Shown here: in pieces, positions 59,660 to 64,000 of the stretch
How positions within the stretch are numbered: the stretch's first letter is position 1
How the letters are laid out: each line of letters opens with the position of its first letter
Origin: Macrostomum lignano
Taxonomy: Eukaryota
DNA length: 64,000 nt
Assembly (NCBI GenBank): GCA_002269645.1
Contig: NIVC01001393.1
Location: forward strand, 1-64,000
Reading direction: 5' to 3'
Position numbers and translations under genes: made by a program
Notes under the pieces: model-generated
The model's input: only the letters and a program-made list of their open reading frames with translations
Databases searched by the model: none
Told to the model about the DNA's origin: nothing

Positions 59660-61364
59660 TCAGGGCTGCTGCAGGCGAATCGCCGACTTCGCGTCTTCCT
59701 CGCCGCCGCCGCCGACGCTGCCGCCGCCCATGGGGATGCTGTTCCCGTCCTCGTCCTCCTCAACATCAGGGTGTTGCTCCCCGGCCTCGCTGTGCGTCTT
59801 CAGGTGCTTTGAAAGGTGATCGGAGCGCATGAATCTCTTGCGGCACACCGCACAGGAAAACCGCTTCTCACCTGTGTGCGTCCGCAGGTGCCGCTGCAGC
59901 TCGTCGGACCGGGTGAACCGCTTGCCGCAGAACAGCCAGTTGCACACGAACGGCCTCTCCCCGGTGTGCCAGCGAAGGTGGGCCTTCAGGTGCGAGGTCT
60001 TGTTGTACACCTTGCCGCAGCCGGGGATGTGGCAGCTGTGCAGGTTCCGCTTGCGCAGCTGCGCCGCCGCCGCCGGGCCCAGACGGTCGGCCTCGCGACA
60101 GTTCGGACAGTCGCAGGTGGCCCGGCCGGGGTAGCGCCGGTTCGACTTGCCGCCGCTGCTCCGGCTGCCGTTGCCGGCGTCTCTGCTGCCGGAGTTGGAC
60201 GACGCTGCTGGCGGCTGCTGTTGCAGCGGCATCGGCGGCTGCGGCGGCTGCGGCGGCTGCTGTCCACCGACGGACGACGTTGAAGTGCCAGCATAGCCAG
60301 CCGCCGCCGCAGCCGCAGCTGCAGCAGCCGCCGCCGTGGCGGTCGCCGCCGCGTCGGCGTGGCTGAACAACGGCAGGAAGGGATGCGTCTGCTGGCTGAC
60401 CAGCGGGTAGTCAGCGGCCGGCTGGCTCAGATAGGCGAAGTGCTGCGCCTGCTGCACCTGGTGCGGCTGGTGCTGATGATGCTCGGCACCGGAGGCTGCC
60501 ACTGCGGTAGAGAGCCAGTTGGGTCCGTGCTGCAGTTCCCAGTAAGAATGCTGCTGCTGTTGCTGTTGCTGATGTTGAAGGTGCTGTTGCTGCTGCTGCT
60601 GCGGCTGGTGCTGCTGCCAGCCCTGGTACAGCGCTGCCGGCGGATAGTCAGCCTTGAACATCGGCGTCGACATCGGCTCCATCAGCGCCGCCGTGTGATA
60701 GAAGTCGCCGCCTCCTCCGCCGCCGCTGCCGCCGCCGCTGCCGCCGCCACCGGCGCCACCGCCGCTGTTGGCGCCGCCTCGATAATAAGCCGCAGCAGCA
60801 GCCATCGCTGCCGCCGCCGCTGCTGCCGTGGCCGGTGGCAGCTTGCCGACGTCAGCAGAGGCTCCTCCCGCCGTCGGCGAATTCTCAGACGAGGACGGCG
60901 CCTCCGGCCTGGTCGGCACGCCGACACTGCCGACGCGGGTGCCTTGCGAGATAATCGCGGTCTCTTGGGGAGACCCGTCGCCTCGGCAGTCGGCGGCGTC
61001 GTCGAGGTGGCGTCGCATTGACGGCTCTTCAGCCGATCCGACATCCTGTTTGAATATGGAGTGAGAATGGGGCTTGGGAGTTGGGTCATGGGAAATGTTG
61101 GGATTTCTGAGATGGGTCATGGGAAACATTGGGATTTCTGAGATGGGTCATGGGTAAAATTGGGATTTCTGAGATGGGTCATGGGTAAAATTGGGATTTC
61201 TGAGATGGGTCAGGGGTAAAATTGGGATTTCTGAGATGGGTCAGGGGTAAAATTGGGATTTCTGAGATGGGTCATGGGAAAAATTGGGATTGGGATGCAC
61301 ATACCAGTCCATGCCGCCTGGGCATTGCGGTTGCCGAAGCTGCCACCTCTTTAGTAGACTTCAT
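59660..61364 (-). CDS. sp6-9: Sp6-9 (Sp8/9-like) zinc-finger transcription factor. Main exon 61045-59660; probable first coding exon 61364-61305
   Basis: Buttonhead box [17 protein letters not shown]; three C2H2 fingers [24 protein letters not shown] / [21 protein letters not shown] / [10 protein letters not shown]. Phase-0 junction [20 protein letters not shown]|DVGSAEEP (CTG|GTATGT ... AAACAG|GAT). Confidence 0.93.
61085..61292. repeat. 31-bp tandem (GGGATTTCTGAGATGGGTCATGGGTAAAATT) filling the Sp6-9 intron
   Basis: About 6.5 copies. Confidence 0.92.
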
Positions 61365-61949
61365 GCTCTGCAAACCGTGTAAAATTCTGCTTTCGTATAT
61401 CACAGCCGGTTACACAAGCTGCAATCTGGGGATGAAGAAATGTGAATCGAAACGGAAGCAGGCGGGCAATTCTACTTAAGGAATCGGAGATCAATAGGGA
61501 TTCGGGAGGGCCTGTCTGATTGGCTGATTGCATGGGGGTTTGAGCAGCCACGGCAGAGGCGGCGGCAGAGGCGGCGGAGCGGGGGGGGAAGCTGCGGATG
61601 AAGCTGCTGCAGAGCAGGGGGGATGCTGGAACGAATCACTGGGGAGGGCCATCGACTATTTTCACTGCTCGGTTGGAGGGAACGCGAGATGAGCAAGCCG
61701 ATAATGAAGAAGCTCTGAGATGCTGGTAGATTTGCGCATTTGTCAACATCTAGTATTCGATAAGGGCGTTGGCTCTGATTAGTGAAGGCTGCTTCGCTGA
61801 GAAGGGGGACTTTGAGCAGGGACTGAGTCGATTTCGAATAACAGCTCTTCATCAAAAATACACTGGAGTCAATGGGGTTGCGTTTGCTGAAAATCATAAA
61901 ATTTGATTAATAAACAATAAAAAGTTAAGGTTTAAGAAGTTAAGATTAA

Positions 61950-62860
61950 AGAGTTTGTGCTCAAGCTTATGGAGTTTGTGCTCAAGCTTATGGAGTTTGT
62001 GCTCAAGCTTAAGGAGTTTGTGCTCAAGCTTAAGGAGTTTGTGCTCAAGCTTATGGAGTTTGTGCTCAAGCTTATGGAGTTTGTGCTCAAGCTTAAGGAG
62101 TTTGTGCTCAAGCTTAAGGAGTTTGTGCTCAAGCTTAAGGAGTTTGTGCTCAAGCTTAAGGGGTTTGTGCTCAAGCTTATGGAGTTTGTGCTCAAGCTTA
62201 AGGAGTTTGTGCTCAAGCTTATGGAGTTTGTGCTCAAGCTTATGGAGTTTGTGCTCAAGCTTAAGGAGTTTGTGCTCAAGCTTAAGGAGTTTGTGCTCAA
62301 GCTTAAGGAGTTTGTGCTCAAGCTTAAGGGGTTTGTGCTCAAGCTTATGGAGTTTGTGCTCAAGCTTAAGGAGTTTGTGCTCAAGCTTATGGAGTTTGTG
62401 CTCAAGCTTATGGAGTTTGTGCTCAAGCTTAAGGAGTTTGTGCTCAAGCTTAAGGAGTTTGTGCTCAAGCTTAAGGGGTTTGTGCTCAAGCTTAAGGGGT
62501 TTGTGCTCAAGCTTAAGGGGTTTGTGCTCAAGCTTATGGAGTTTGTGCTCAAGCTTAAGGGGTTTGTGCTCAAGCTTAAGGGGTTTGTGCTCAAGCTTAT
62601 GGAGTTTGTGCTCAAGCTTAAGGAGTTTGTGCTCAAGCTTATGGAGTTTGTGCTCAAGCTTATGGAGTTTGTGCTCAAGCTTATGGAGTTTGTGCTCAAG
62701 CTTAAGGGGTTTGTGCTCAAGCTTAAGGAGTTTGTGCTCAAGCTTATGGAGTTTGTGCTCAAGCTTAAGGAGTTTGTGCTCAAGCTTATGGAGTTTGTGC
62801 TCAAGCTTAAGGAGTTTGTGCTCAAGCTTAAAGAACTTGTTGTCAAGCTTAAAGGGGTTA
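61950..62860. repeat. 21-bp tandem (G[A/G]GTTTGTGCTCAAGCTTA[T/A]G), ~43 copies, upstream of Sp6-9
   Basis: Seen directly; three interspersed variants. Confidence 0.97.
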
Positions 62861-63879
62861 ATGGTGAATCTTGAAAGTTTATGGTGAAGTTTTGTGTCTT
62901 TATAAAGAAGTTGCAATGTCTCAAAAATTTAAATAGATTTGTGAGGCAGCTTAAAATATTTCTAAAAGCAGGTGTCCCATTGGTCTTTTTCTGAGCATAC
63001 AGAAAATATCTCTCTTTTTCCAAAAGAAAACTCTCAACAAAAGGCAAAATCTCAGGCTCGCGTCTTCTGCCTTTGTGCCCGCCCGCGGCTCGGGGTGATA
63101 ATTATGCATATAGAAGAAAGTTTTGGCCCATCCCGTTCCGGTCAGCCGCCGATCTATAATGGGAGAGCCGCGGAGAGACAGTCAGCTAGCAGAACAAAAC
63201 CGGGGGAAGTTATCAATTGCGAGTCTTGATTATAGGGGGGGACAGAAAACCTGTTTATGCAAGAAGGCAGGCGGCGGCGGCATTCCTGCTTAAATCTCGG
63301 AGCGAGGGCTCGCGTTGAGACCCGTTAATCATGGACGGCGCACCACCCCCCTCACAGCACACCTGGTTCGGCTTGGGATATGTGAGCAGAATTCAACTCA
63401 ATTTTCCGCCTGACTGCCCGAGAACAGAACAGAGAGATAGGGCGACTTAGAGTTAGGGGGGGGGGGTGGAGGGGAAGAGACGAAGGCCCGAGTTTTCCCC
63501 ATCTATATTTTTTCTACTTCCCATTTCTTAGAAATCCCCGCTTGCCTGTTCCCCGCCAGCTGAGCCCAGGGAGGGAGGAAGGGAGATGGAGGAGCCGGGG
63601 GGGACTCGAGTGCCGCGGCAGGGTAATTACCCCACCCCCCCCCAACTGCTTCGCCGGTTTCAAAGCAGCAGCTAACTAGAGCCATGAAAAGCCTAAGTCA
63701 AGAAGTGACGGCTTGAGGCCTGGGGGTTCCCCACTTTCAGACAACTTTAGGCTGGACTGCGGGTCTTTCAGTTTTTTCATCATACACAAAAGATGGGGCC
63801 GAGCTTCTGAGAATTGGGCGAATTTTAAGGATTAATAAATTTTCTCCATACTTGAGCAACAGTTTTAGTATTTGAGGAC

Positions 63880-64000
63880 CCCAGTTTAGCTACGCAGGCA
63901 CTCAGTTTAGTGTCATCAGGGCACCCAGTTTAGTGTCATCAGGGCACCCAGTTTAGTGTCATCAGGGCACCCAGTTTAGTGTCATCAGGGCACCCAGTTT
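63880..64000. repeat. 23-bp tandem (CACCCAGTTTAGTGTCATCAGGG), continues past window end
   Basis: Seen directly. Confidence 0.9.

Noticed and set aside
61894-63047. KLEHKL / heptad-like ORFs resembling coiled-coil proteins
   Set aside because: The 21-bp repeat is open in multiple frames on both strands, with no splice or codon evidence.

Overview
Eukaryotic (animal) genomic DNA, not prokaryotic. GC-rich exons with polyQ/polyA runs are separated by GT-AG introns, most filled with intron-specific micro/minisatellites. This style resembles a free-living flatworm such as Macrostomum (inference only). I reconstructed seven protein-coding genes by hand with phase-consistent splice sites: (1) HHAT/Rasp-like MBOAT acyltransferase (-), running off the left edge, with three 1-nt frameshifts; (2) a 3-exon globin (-); (3) an intronless secreted DUF4787-like protein (-); (4) a Cux/cut homeobox gene (+) with a degenerate third CUT repeat; (5) an anion-selective Cys-loop channel, GlyR/GluCl-like (+), with an apparent pair of duplicated, mutually exclusive 59-nt exons; (6) a KNDC1/v-KIND-like KIND-KIND-REM-RasGEF gene (+) carrying two identical intronic tRNA-Val(AAC) genes and a probable GC-AG intron; (7) an Sp6-9 zinc-finger gene (-). 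Also present: two non-LTR retrotransposon fragments, three TIR-bounded non-autonomous elements (one tied to a 406-bp tandem duplication), and about 30 tandem arrays. No CRISPR array or rRNA. Family assignments come from recalled motifs, not database searches.
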